Assembly (NCBI RefSeq): GCF_902713615.1
Contig: NC_052161.1
Location: 124,952,678 to 125,016,677 of the forward strand
From: Scyliorhinus canicula
Taxonomy: Eukaryota
DNA length: 64,000 nt
Direction of reading: 5' to 3'
This document shows positions 24,414 to 35,099 of the stretch, in pieces. The notes beneath the pieces were generated by a model that was not told the origin of the DNA, ran no database searches, and saw nothing but the letters and a program-made list of their open reading frames with translations. Position numbers and translations under genes: made by a program. Within the stretch, counting starts at the first letter, position 1. Each line of letters opens with the position of its first letter.

Positions 24414-26184
24414 GAGGTGCCTCTACGGGCAAGTTCCAGCCCTCCCAACAGCACAGGCAGCACTGCAGAGAGTGAACCCTGGGATCTCCCGCTCTCTGTC
24501 CCAGACACAAATAAAGGCAGAAAAACTTTCACCGGCTTCAAACGGGCCAAACCGTACTCGTTCCTGAAACATCACAAATCAGGCAGCTTCATGCTGCCCC
24601 CCTTCAACCGCAGGAAGTCTGAGAAAGTGAAAAGGAGGCATGAGGTGAGGGCAAAGGAGGGCAGCCCAAAGATAGAAGAACTCCAGGTTGAGCAGACAGT
24701 CAAGAAGGAGCCATCTAACCCGGCTGCAGAAACTAACCCAGACTCTACTGATCGGGAAGCAGAGGATGCAGCACCATCATCTATTTCACAGCGGCCTCTC
24801 GCCCAGGAGCCTCTCGCCCAGGAGCCTCTCGCCCAGCAGCCTCTCGCCCAGCAGCCTCTCGCCCAGCAGCCCCTCGCCCAGCAGCCCCTCGCCCAGCAGC
24901 CCCTCGCCCAGCAGCCTCTCGCCCAGCAGCCTCTCGCCCAGCAGCCTCTCGCCCAGGAGCCTCTCCCCCAGGAGCCTCTCGCCCAGCAGCCTCTCGCCCA
25001 GGAGCCTCTCGCCCAGGAGCCTCTCGCCCAGCAGCCTCTCGCCCAGCAGCCTCTCGCCCAGCAGCCTCTCGCCCAGCAGCCCCTCGCCCAGCAGCCCCTC
25101 GCCCAGCAGCCTCTCGCCCAGCAGCCTCTCGCCCAGCATCCTCTCGCCCAGCAGCCCCTCGCCCAGCAGCCCCTCGCCCAGGAGCCCCTCGCCCAGCAGC
25201 CCCTCGCCCAGCAGCCTCTCGCCCAGCATCCTCTCGCCCAGCATCCTCTCGCCCAGCATCCTCTCGCCCAGCATCCTCTCGCCCAGCATCCTCTCGCCCA
25301 GCATCCTCGTGCCCAGCATCCTCGTGCCCAGCATCCTCGTGCCCAGCATCCTCGTGCCCAGCATCCTCGTGCCCAGCATCCTCGCGCCCAGCATCCTCGC
25401 GCCCAGCATCCTCGCGCCCAGCATCCTCTCGCCCAGCATCCTCTCGCCCAGCATCCTCTCGCCCAGCATCCTCTCGCCCAGCAACCCCTCGCCCAGGAGA
25501 CTCTCGCCCAGCAGCCTCGCGCCCAGCAGCCTCGCGCCCAGCAGCCTCGCGCCCAGGAGCCCCTGGCCCAGGAGCCCCTGGCCCAGGAGCCTCGCGCCCA
25601 GGAGCCCCTTGCCCAGGAGCCTCTCGCCCAGCAACCCCTCGCCCAGCAATCCTTCGCCCAGGAACCTCTCGCCCAGCAGTCGCTCACCCAGGAGCCCCTT
25701 GCCCAGGAACCTCTCGCCCAGCAGTCGCTCACCCAGGAGCCTCTCGCCCAGAAGCCTCTCGCCCAGAAGCCCCTCGCCCAGGAGCCCCTCGCCCAGGAGC
25801 CTCTCGCCCAGGAGCCTCTCGCCCAGGAGCCTCTCGCCCAGAAGCCTCTCGCCCAGAAGCCTCTCGCCCAGAAGCCTCTCGCCCAGAAGCCTCTCGCCCA
25901 GGAGCCTCTCACCCAGGAACCTCTCACCCAGCCGCCCCTCACTCCAGAGCCCCTCACTCCAGAGCCCCTTGTCCAGCATCCACTCGCCCAGGAGCCCCTC
26001 ACAGACTCTCCAAGCAGCGGTCAGGACAGTCTTTTTCTGCCAACCTCTGTGACAGATGTCATGAATGAGACAATAAAATGTGAGAAAATGGAGCGACAGA
26101 GGACCGTTTTCCGCCAGGGAAAGCAGGTTGTGTTCAGGGACGTGGACACAACCGGGAATGATGAGGACATCATGGTGGATTCTG
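24414..26184 (+). CDS. PHF13: PHD finger protein 13, penultimate coding exon (1771 nt), expanded by a pentapeptide repeat
   Basis: Acceptor ctttttcag|GAG; reads EVPLRASSSPPNSTGSTAESEPWD...KRAKPYSFL...RTVFRQGKQVVFRDVDTTGNDEDIMVDS G|gtaagt, matching recalled human ELPLRSSPSPANSTAGT...RTIVRQGKQVVFRDEDSTGNDEDIMVDS. Frame open throughout. Confidence 0.93.
24795..26003 (+). repeat. Coding minisatellite, 80 x 15 bp (CCTCTCGCCCAG(C/G/A)A(G/T)) encoding PLAQ(Q/E/H/K)
   Basis: First unit starts at 24795 and the 81st, partial unit at 25995, exactly 80 x 15 nt later. Confidence 0.97.
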
Positions 26185-28514
26185 GTAAGTGAACATTTCG
26201 AACACCAAATAATTGCCTGCCACAAACTGTTGTACTTGGATGTGCATCTATAATGCAGACTCAATGTGAGCTCCCTGTGACTCGGTTTAATTCCCTTTCC
26301 AATGAGGCACTGCGTTGTGCGGACAAGAAATTTTCAGGTTTGATCAGTGGTGCATGCAGGGTTAAAACTGTTCACTTGAGCTAACAAAAGGTCTGTCACC
26401 AATGACCCGTAATCATTAATAACTCCATTGCCGTGTTAATGTAAGCCTACTTGTGACACTAATAAAGATTATTATTATTATACTAGTAACAGATTGCAAT
26501 GAGCATGGCAACAAGCTGACTAATGGACACGGTTAGAGACAGCTCCATTCTGGTGGCAATACTGACAGACCTGTAATCATCAAAACTAGCAACCAACCAC
26601 CAGGTAGTACTAGTGTCAGCCTCTAAGCACCAGGTTTCTAACTGCCAGGACTAGTGATGGATGATAATCACTAATACTAGTGACACACGTGTACCCACTA
26701 GGACTAGTGTCAGAGGATAGCATCCAGAACACCGAGGTACTGGTAATCTCCATGACTTGACCCTAGTTTCGTCAATCTACAATCCTATTTCATTGTTCAA
26801 GGAGATATTGTATAGAAATATCACACACCTACAATAAATTGAAATTCTGGGGGCAGTACTCACTATTTATTCCTGATCGGCTCGGGCTCGGTCAATCTCC
26901 CTCGTCGAACACTCTACAATCACATGCACAGAATAAACTGCTGTCTGTAGAACTCCCCACATATTAACCCTGTTTCCCAGTGTACACCTTGCAGTGAATT
27001 AAATAATGACTTTTGTAATATCTAATACACCTTTCTTTTCCAACATTTCCAAGACTATTTCTTCCTCCCATTACTCTTGAAATGCTGAATGATGTTGGGG
27101 TTTGAATCTATTGCTCCCAGATGGCCTTCAATACATCCTGTCCGTTACCATTTCTTCATGTGAGTCTTGATGGTGAGCATCAGAAGGCTAGTGTCCCCAG
27201 GCCATGTGGGGCATCCCATCAAGCTTTAATACAACTGTTAAATTTACACTCACTTTCCAGAAGAGAGCATTCTGCTTGATTTTCCCCTGCCTACTTCAGG
27301 GATTCTGAGGTGAATTGTAGCTGCCCCTAATGCCACACTTGCTGTGGTCATCAAACTCAACAGTAACAAGGGACCCTCATGATTTGTATGTCTCAGTATC
27401 TGCATTTGTAAACTAAGCTATTTCTTCACTGACTAGAAACAGCTACTATGCAGGAGTCCTTTCCAGCTTCCTACTGTTTTAAAAAAAACAAAAAAAACAT
27501 TTCGAGTACCCATTTTTTTTTACAATTAAGGGGCAATTTAGTATGGCCAATCCACCTATCCTGCACATCTTTGGGTTGTGGGGGTGAGACCCACGCAGAC
27601 ACGGGGAGAATGTGCAAACTCCACACGGACGGTGATCTGGGGCTGGGATCGAACCTGGGACGTCAGCGCCATGTTGAAGGGATTATAGTTGCATTGCAGA
27701 TTTGAGAAAGCCAAACTGTTTTATGGACTTGTATTCCCTTCAGTTTCAAAGATTAGATCTGATAGTTTCTCATTATCTACCCTGAACTATTTCCTCAGAT
27801 GGAGGAGTCCAGAATAAAGGCTTAATCTAAAAATTGGAAAAAGGTAAATCGGGGTCAGGATATCAGGAAACACGTTGTCGCTCGAGGGTAGTCCAAATCT
27901 GAGTACTGCCCCCAGAATTTCAATTTATTGTAGGTGAAAAGCTGATGAGGCTGGGGTCAACTGAAAATTTCCAACCTGACATCAAGCGGTTTTTGTTGGG
28001 CAAGACTATTACGTATAATAAAGATCTAATTAAATGGCAGAACATATTCGAGGGGCTAAATTATGTCTCACTGTCTTCTATCCATCTGTATCTATCTCCA
28101 TCTCTATCTGCATCTATCTCCATCTATCAATCATACAACCTGAGTCATGCTCGGTCCCGTTCCAAAACAGCAGAACGCCATAGACGTTAAGTGCCACTCG
28201 TACTGAGGTAAATAGCAGATTGCTGAATGATCAAACAAGGGGTGCTTTTTTGACCAAGGGACTGAGAAACGCCGATGTCTTTGGTCATGAGTTACAATGA
28301 AGTTTGGGGCCACTGTTGACACTGAAGAGGGGCGCCAAGCTTTGCCTTGTTCACATGTTCTTGGCTGTCTGTTATTTAGTTGTAAGCATTTCTTGTACGT
28401 CTCAAACCACCAGCTTCCTTCTAAAACTCGGAATTTCCTGACATCCACTTGGTACAAGTTCTGCCCACCTTGCACTACCTCATCCAAATGGTCATTCATC
28501 ATATGTGCTTACAG

Positions 28515-28915
28515 CTATAGCTCAGTGGTTGGCACCCTTACCACTAGCCACAAAGTCTGTGGGTCCACTTCCCACTCCAGTGACCTGAGCACAGAATCCA
28601 GGCTGACACTCCCATGGCAGTACTGAGGGAGTGGTGCATCATCAGAGATGCCTCGTTTGGATGAGACATCAAACCAAAGCCCCATTGGCCCCCCTCAGGT
28701 GGATATAAAAGATTCCAAGGCCTTTATTTCACAGGAGATTGGTGAGTTCGCCCCGAAGACCTGGTTAATGTTTATCCTCGATCAAATAAGTTATCTAGTC
28801 ATTATCACATTGTTCTTTGTGGGATTTCACTGTGCACCAATTAGCTACTTCTACTCCTATGTTACAAAAATGATCTCTCTGAAAGATGAAAAGTCCTGTG
28901 GACATCCTGAGCTTA
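28515..28915 (+). mobile_element. Old DeuSINE-like (SacSINE1/AmnSINE-type) SINE in PHF13 last intron
   Basis: tRNA-like head then tactgagggagtggtgcatcatcagagatgcctcgtttggatgagacatcaaacc...caggtggatataaaagattcc, resembling the recalled Deu-domain. Confidence 0.6.
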
Positions 28916-28985
28916 TGAAAAGTGCAAATGCAAATTATTGTTGATCTGATTTGTGATTGACCATTCAATCTTCTTCTTGGAACAG

Positions 28986-29212
28986 ATGATGATTCCTGGG
29001 ACCTGGTGACGTGTTACTGCATGAAGCCCTTTGCTGGCCGGCCAATGATTGAATGCAACGAGTGCGGTACCTGGATCCATCTGTCCTGTGCCAAGATCCG
29101 CAAGTCCAATGTCCCAGAGGTGTATGTCTGTCAAAGGTGTCGAGATTCCAAATACGACATTCGGCGATCGAACCGATCCCGAACCGGCTGCAGAAAGCAC
29201 TTCCTTGACTGA
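28986..29212 (+). CDS. PHF13: PHF13 last coding exon, PHD finger (C4HC3)
   Basis: aacag|AT completes the phase-1 codon; [75 protein letters not shown], near-identical to the recalled human C-terminus. Confidence 0.97.
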
Positions 29213-32200
29213 GGTGTTGAAGTCTTTCTTTCCTTCCTTCTTGGTTTTGTTTTGTTCAGGGGGAAAGCAAGGAGAACTTTGAAATGACAACGGGTCAACA
29301 GGAAAAACAAAATAGTTTGATGATGCACTAGTTTGGAGAGTTCCATCTGTTTGCACAGGGGTTGCCTGTTTTTTGACTCTCTGTCTCTCCCTTCGCCCTC
29401 TCAGCCCAAGAGATCAAGACAGGTTAAGTCTATCTTTTTGTTCCTGCACCTGGGTAAACCAGCACAAAGGGGATTAGGTGCCTCGGGCTATTTGGGGGAG
29501 GAGAGGGAGTGAACCTGTTGACTACTATAAACTGAATTTTCTTTCCCTCTCCTATGGCTCTTACTCTTCATCCCTTGCATCTAAAAGGTCTTGATCCACT
29601 AAGGTCTCCAAAGATGACAATAGGAGCCTCATCTGGTGTCTCTCATTTTCCTTTTTGTACAATCCCTACAATGCTTGCTTCTAATGGAGCTGCAAGCAGA
29701 CACATAGGGCCCTGTGCAATAGACGAAGGCTTCAAACATCAACATTATTGAAAGGAACAAGAAGGGAAAAGGAGATTGTCAGTACCTAGTGGCATTTAAT
29801 AACATGCAATAAAACCAGATAGTGCTGGAAATACACCACCATTCTGTCAATATCTGAGTCGGTAAAAGTAAGTTAATGTTTCAAGAGTTCTGACCAAGGG
29901 TAATGAACCTGCCTTCGCTCTATACGTGTGCTGACTAACTTGCTGTGTATTGCTAGCATTTTCTGATTTTATTTCAGGATAGCCGACATTTTCAGTTTCA
30001 AATGACAATATTTACTTTGGTCAAAATGAGAGTAACCAATGCCTTCTGTTTCCTCTGCACTTTTCTTAAACATTGCCGCAATCACAACCCAGGCAAGTCC
30101 AACAATTCTTTGCAGAAGCTAGTTGACAAAGGGTTAAAACCCGCTGGGAGAAGTGTGGTAACATTCTCGGTTAATTCGTTGGGGTTGACTGTTGCTATTA
30201 AAAGGTTTTGGGTTACACCAACAATTTATTTACAATTTTGCTTTGAATATTTCACTTGAGGAGACCGTCGCAGTTTCTATGCCTGAAATTCAGTATTTTA
30301 AACCAAACTTAGTACTGCAGCTAGAAGGAGGAAAGAAAATCCTTAAGTGCCAGGACTGCGGCGCTTAAATTTAAAATGATCAGTTCTTTAGCTCTCGGTC
30401 TCCTCTACTCAGCCTCTTCTATGCACCTGAGCAATTGTTTTACGAGCTGTTCAAAGATCTGGACAGAGAATTCTGCTAAAAAGTCAGCAATCCAGATTCT
30501 TTGGTGGTGGGCGGTTGGAATCCTATCCATTACTTTAAGTCTTTTTGATCCAAACTTGGCACCATGTGCAATACATTGAGGACAGTAATCTGAAAGCCTA
30601 AACTGAAGAGTTGGGTGAGGGCTGAAGGAGATCACCTTCGTCCCCCTGTGCCACCTTCTATTCCTTACTCTGCACGTCACGATACATGAAGATATTGTGG
30701 ACACGTTGACAGTAAGGAACATGATTATGCTTCCCAAGGTGTGCCGCACCCATTCAATGGACCTCTTGTGTGGCGGGTTAAATGTTCTGTGGTGATGTCA
30801 CTTCAGTTGGACAACCTCTTGTGGGTCACCTGTCTGTTTCATGCACAACGTGTGACTAAGCATTGGAATGGATGCAGACACTATTGTTTTGTGCGTCATT
30901 AACCTAGAGTCTTCATCATTTTGACCCCTTCCACAGAAATAAGTTGTGGGGAGAAGAGGTGGTATCCCCATTCAACCGTCCAACGTTGTATATTGTAAAA
31001 TATATATTGCCATAAAAATATTGCTGATGTATTTTTGTTCTCAAATGTCTTATCCCATCAATATTTGCCAAGTTGGTTCTCCTCAATTTGATGTTTCGCA
31101 GTGACAGGAAAGAACTCAGTACATGGAATAAGAAGCCTTTCACTTGTCTTCCTTTCCACGCTCTTCCCCTCCTCAAATTATTCTCTTTCCCCTTTAACCA
31201 AGGGTTACCTTGGTTCCAGGTTACCTCAAACCAGCAATATTTTCTTCTCTTCTGCAACAATTGGCTTTTGGAGGTGATAGGTTAGAGACATAGCAAGCAC
31301 TTACAAAAATGTCTGACAATCAAGCAGCATCCCCATCACCACCATCAAACGCAAGGAGTTAATTGGCCTCCTCAGCCACCCAAATTCAAATAATAGAAAT
31401 GTAATCTTGCTGTCGAGAAATGATTTTGACCTATTTTCCCTCTAGCAAGAGTATGCAATCTTGTGGTCTCTCACTTGTCGATAAACAGTTACCCTTCAAA
31501 TTTTCTACATGGGTGGAGGGGAGAAGGGGAAAGATAGAAGTGGTGGGGTAGCAAGATGCAGCCTAGCGTGCATGTAAAATTACCATCAGAAAGCAGCCAG
31601 GATTCCCATTTTTGATCAATATCCTGTGATTCCTGATGGGAACATGTGGACACTGAGTGAGGGCAGAATCATGCTCAACTTACTAACCACAGTGAATTAA
31701 CTGGTTGACACATACTTTCAAGACACATGTATGAAGAACAGCTGCTGGGACCAGCAAGGGAAGGATGACTTCCCTGTGGAACTGGAGAGTCGCTCTCTTC
31801 AGAAGAGGAGAAAAACCTTAGCCACCATCGGTCAACCTAACCTCCAAAAGGCCCTGGATATCCATCCTATGTAAAATAACAATTAAAACATTGGTAATCT
31901 GATCTTCATTACATACTCAAAGCTCTCTCTGTCTCTAGCCTATTCTTTTGAGGAATGCTTGTCTTTTGACTTTTAAATTATTTTATTGAAAATGAGGGTG
32001 AATTGTTATTTTACAAAGCAGCGTTGTGATATTTCAAGCACCAGTGTTGCTCTTGCTCCTGACGGGAATATCTGCTCAAGATCATCAAGAACATGTAATA
32101 AGTCTCTGACTCTGAAACTGTGTTCAGTGATGTTGCCAGGAATGTTGGACTGTCTCCTTGGAAGGATCGTTAAAGTGGAACAAAGAAAACCTTGTTTCTG

Positions 32201-32237
32201 TGAAACTTTGTACATGTATATCGGAAGTTATTTTGTA

Positions 32238-32273
32238 AATAAAGATTTAACTATTGGTATTTTAAATAATAAA
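32238..32273 (+). terminator. Probable PHF13 polyadenylation signals (two AATAAA)
   Basis: AATAAA at 32238 and 32268, preceded by TGTA motifs, at the end of about 3 kb of SINE-poor UTR-like sequence. Confidence 0.55.
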
Positions 32274-33659
32274 CCTGCTGTAACTTATTTCCCCACCTAT
32301 CTTCTGCACTTCAGGATATAAAAGACATTGATAAAGTGCAGAATGGGTTGATACAGAGAGATATATTTCTCATCAAGAATCCAGGTCAGGTATGGAACAG
32401 TTAGATGTAGAGTAGACTTTGTATGCCCCAACCTCAGAACAATGCCCCCTGCTGAAGTACTGAGATATTTTCTGGATGGCCATGACTGAATAATTTGAAT
32501 AGTTTCTATTGCCATTCTTTGTTGCTACCCAGTGAACCCCCGTTCAGGGCCCCAGCCCTCAAAGAGCTCAATATTCACAGCCTAATTCGTAGAATAACCA
32601 GATTGCTTCATACAGCAGAAAATAAAGGGCACCAGAATGTAATTGGTGCTGGGATTGATAAAATGACTGCAGGAAGAAGTAGTAGTCTATTCTTTGTTCA
32701 GCTCACGTGAGGTAGGTCATTGCGGCTCCAAGAGCCATTCCATCCGTGGGTTGGCACTCCAGCGCGGATGGTGTGCTACATTATCCGGGTCACTGTCATT
32801 TGGGCGAGACTTTTAACTGAGGTACAATCTGTCGATTCAGGTAGACATTAAAGCGTTTTAACATAGAGTTCTCCCTGATGGCCTGACCATTTGTTCCTCA
32901 ATATGTACCATCAAACTATTCATTTATCTCATTACAGTATGTGGAGCCTTGCTGTACACCAATTGGTCATCAATACCATGGTTCCTGCACTAGTGCCATG
33001 TTGAAATGTCCTGAGGATGTGAAAAAACAAAAGAACAAAGAAAGATGCTATTAAAATGCAAATGTGTTCTTTCTTTTGGAAACGGGAAGGGATGACAGTT
33101 CCAGAGAATGGAGCCATGGTATCAGAAAGCAAAGGGCATAGGGAATGTGTAGAACTAGTGCTGTGGGCAGTGTCAAGTAGGGATATAAAGTTAAAGGAAG
33201 AATGGTAGCTCAAATGTATGGAAATATTTAAAGATGAGGAAAAAAGATATTGCAATTGTTGTGATAGTGGAAGCCAGTGACACTCTGAGGTGACCGTCCA
33301 GGCAAACAGATTCTAGATGAGTTGCATTTGGTGAAAGATAGAAGAGGAACTAAGGGAGCAATAGAGGAACCCAATATAAATAAATAAATTCTGGACAAGC
33401 AACATTAGTAGAGAGGGTAAAAGTTAACATTTCAGGTGGAGAATCTAGTGCTGTATTGAGAGATTGGTGTTGTTCTTCGAACTTCCATTGAGCTTCAATG
33501 AAATGGTGGAGGATGCCAAGAATGAAGAAGTAAGAATGGGAGTGGGGAAGAGAATTAAAATGGGAAGCTTGGTCAAGCTTGAGGAATTAATAAATTGAGG
33601 CCTTTGTCAGAATAATCACCCAACCTCTGTTTGGACCTTGCAATGCGGTCTTCTAGACT

Positions 33660-34260
33660 GCATGCCTCGATTCAGGGATGGCATCTACTGAGGGTTATGG
33701 ATTTCTGCCACGGGTCTTCATGTGACTGAACCGGTTGTCTCCAAACCCACAGAACTTTCCTGGATGTCCATGAGGTAGCACGGGAATTGCTTCCTTTTCT
33801 TTCCTCCTCTGCTGCCGCTCGGCCTCCTCATTAAGACATTGTGACCCCGAGCATGAAGGAGCTCCCCAGTGACCTGCCAATTTTGTGACCTGGTGGTGTC
33901 CATGCACCATGTTTATGTTTTGTGTCCTAGGTTGCATTCCCTATTTGGTTTCTTGACAACGTTGTTGTTGAGGTTTTGTTTGCACTTCAGCCCCACGCTC
34001 CTGATCTACGGGCATCCGGGGTGGGGGGGGGGGGGGCAGGGAAGGCGGAGGACCTCCTCATGAACCTGCACCTGGCCAAACTTGCCATAAAAAGGTCCAG
34101 GCAGCAGGCGACCGAGGGGGTCATCCAACCTACTGTCCCTCTTCCGCAGCCTCATTCGCAGCCAGGTGTCCCTGGAAAGGGAGCACGCGGTGTCCCGATG
34201 GGCACTGCAGGGGTGGGACTGCTTTATTGGCCCCGATTTCCACATCTTGGTTTGATGGTT
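33660..34260 (+). mobile_element. Tx1-like LINE 3' fragment
   Basis: Fragments HVYVLCPRLHSLFGFLTTLLLRFCLHFSPTLLIYGHP and EDLLMNLHLAKLAIKRSRQQA resemble the Tx1 ORF2 C-terminus. Confidence 0.65.
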
Positions 34261-34629
34261 CTTAAGTTTCCGTTCCCTCTTTATTCCCTTTGGGCTGAGC
34301 TCCGTTTGTTCTTTGGGAGCGGCCCGGTTTTTAAATTGTCCACTGGATTCCAATGGAATTGTGTTCTTCCATTTAGTTGACTGGGCCCCAAAAAAGGTAC
34401 AGACCACTTCATGGACAACCGGTTGCCACCTTGAGCAAGTGGTAACAAGACCCTCCCAGCCATTAACTTCAAGGAGAGCTTCAAAGTGTCTTTGCAAGGT
34501 TTTATACCTCCTCTCTTGGAATTCTGGCCACCTGAGAATTGGGGGGAAAAAAACAGGACCTGGTTGGGAAGAAACTGTTCCTTCAAAAAAAGGTGTACTT
34601 TGTCCATCCAACCCTTCCCCACAGCAGCC

Positions 34630-35025
34630 AAGCCAATTCAATGCACCTGCATGTGACGTCACCACGCACGCCGTGACCACGCCCACCGTACGCACTGAAG
34701 TGTCACCGAGCTTCCCCGCCCCCCTCGGAAAACAATCCCAGCAGCGCTTGCGGTAAAAGGGCTCACACCTAGGAGAATTTTAAAATATATATATATATGT
34801 GTGTGCAGTATTCAATCTTCCTCCGTAAATTAAACGCGCGAGGAGCTCCTTCGACCGCAGTTTGGATTTTTAAAACCTGCCATCCTAATCTCTGCATTTT
34901 TCGGCTGGTCGGATGTGTTGGCTGTGCCGCCAAGCAACGGCGCCATTTTGTTGTGAGGGGTCGCGGCGGGCCGGGTGTTGCCGCGAGGCCGCCATTATTG
35001 TGGGGGGCAGAAGCGGGGCTGGGTC
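34630..35025 (+). promoter_or_regulatory. THAP3 CpG-rich promoter and 5' UTR
   Basis: CCAAT at 34633, perfect CRE TGACGTCA at 34654-34661, YY1-type CGCCATTTT at 34941 and GCCGCCATTA at about 34988; high CpG just upstream of the ATG. Confidence 0.7.
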
Positions 35026-35099
35026 ATGCCTAAGTCGTGTGCTGCCTATAACTGTACCAACAGGTACAGCAGCAAAAACAAGGAGCTCACCTTCCACAG
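35026..35099 (+). CDS. THAP3: THAP domain protein 3, coding exon 1
   Basis: MPKSCAAYNCTNRYSSKNKELTFHR, donor AG|gtaaat; recalled human MPKSCAARQCCNRYSSRRKQLTFHR. Confidence 0.93.

Noticed and set aside
24795-26003. CRISPR-like array or antifreeze-type standalone gene
   Set aside because: No unique spacers, eukaryotic context, and the array is embedded in a PHF13 exon.
24572-26264. Three other long ORFs over the 15-bp array (WARGC, SLSPS and LLGER repeats)
   Set aside because: A 15-bp unit without stops opens several frames automatically; only the PLAQ frame joins conserved PHF13 sequence.
34006-34695. 229-aa minus-strand ORF upstream of THAP3
   Set aside because: Runs across promoter sequence and the antisense of a Tx1 fragment; no recognisable domain.
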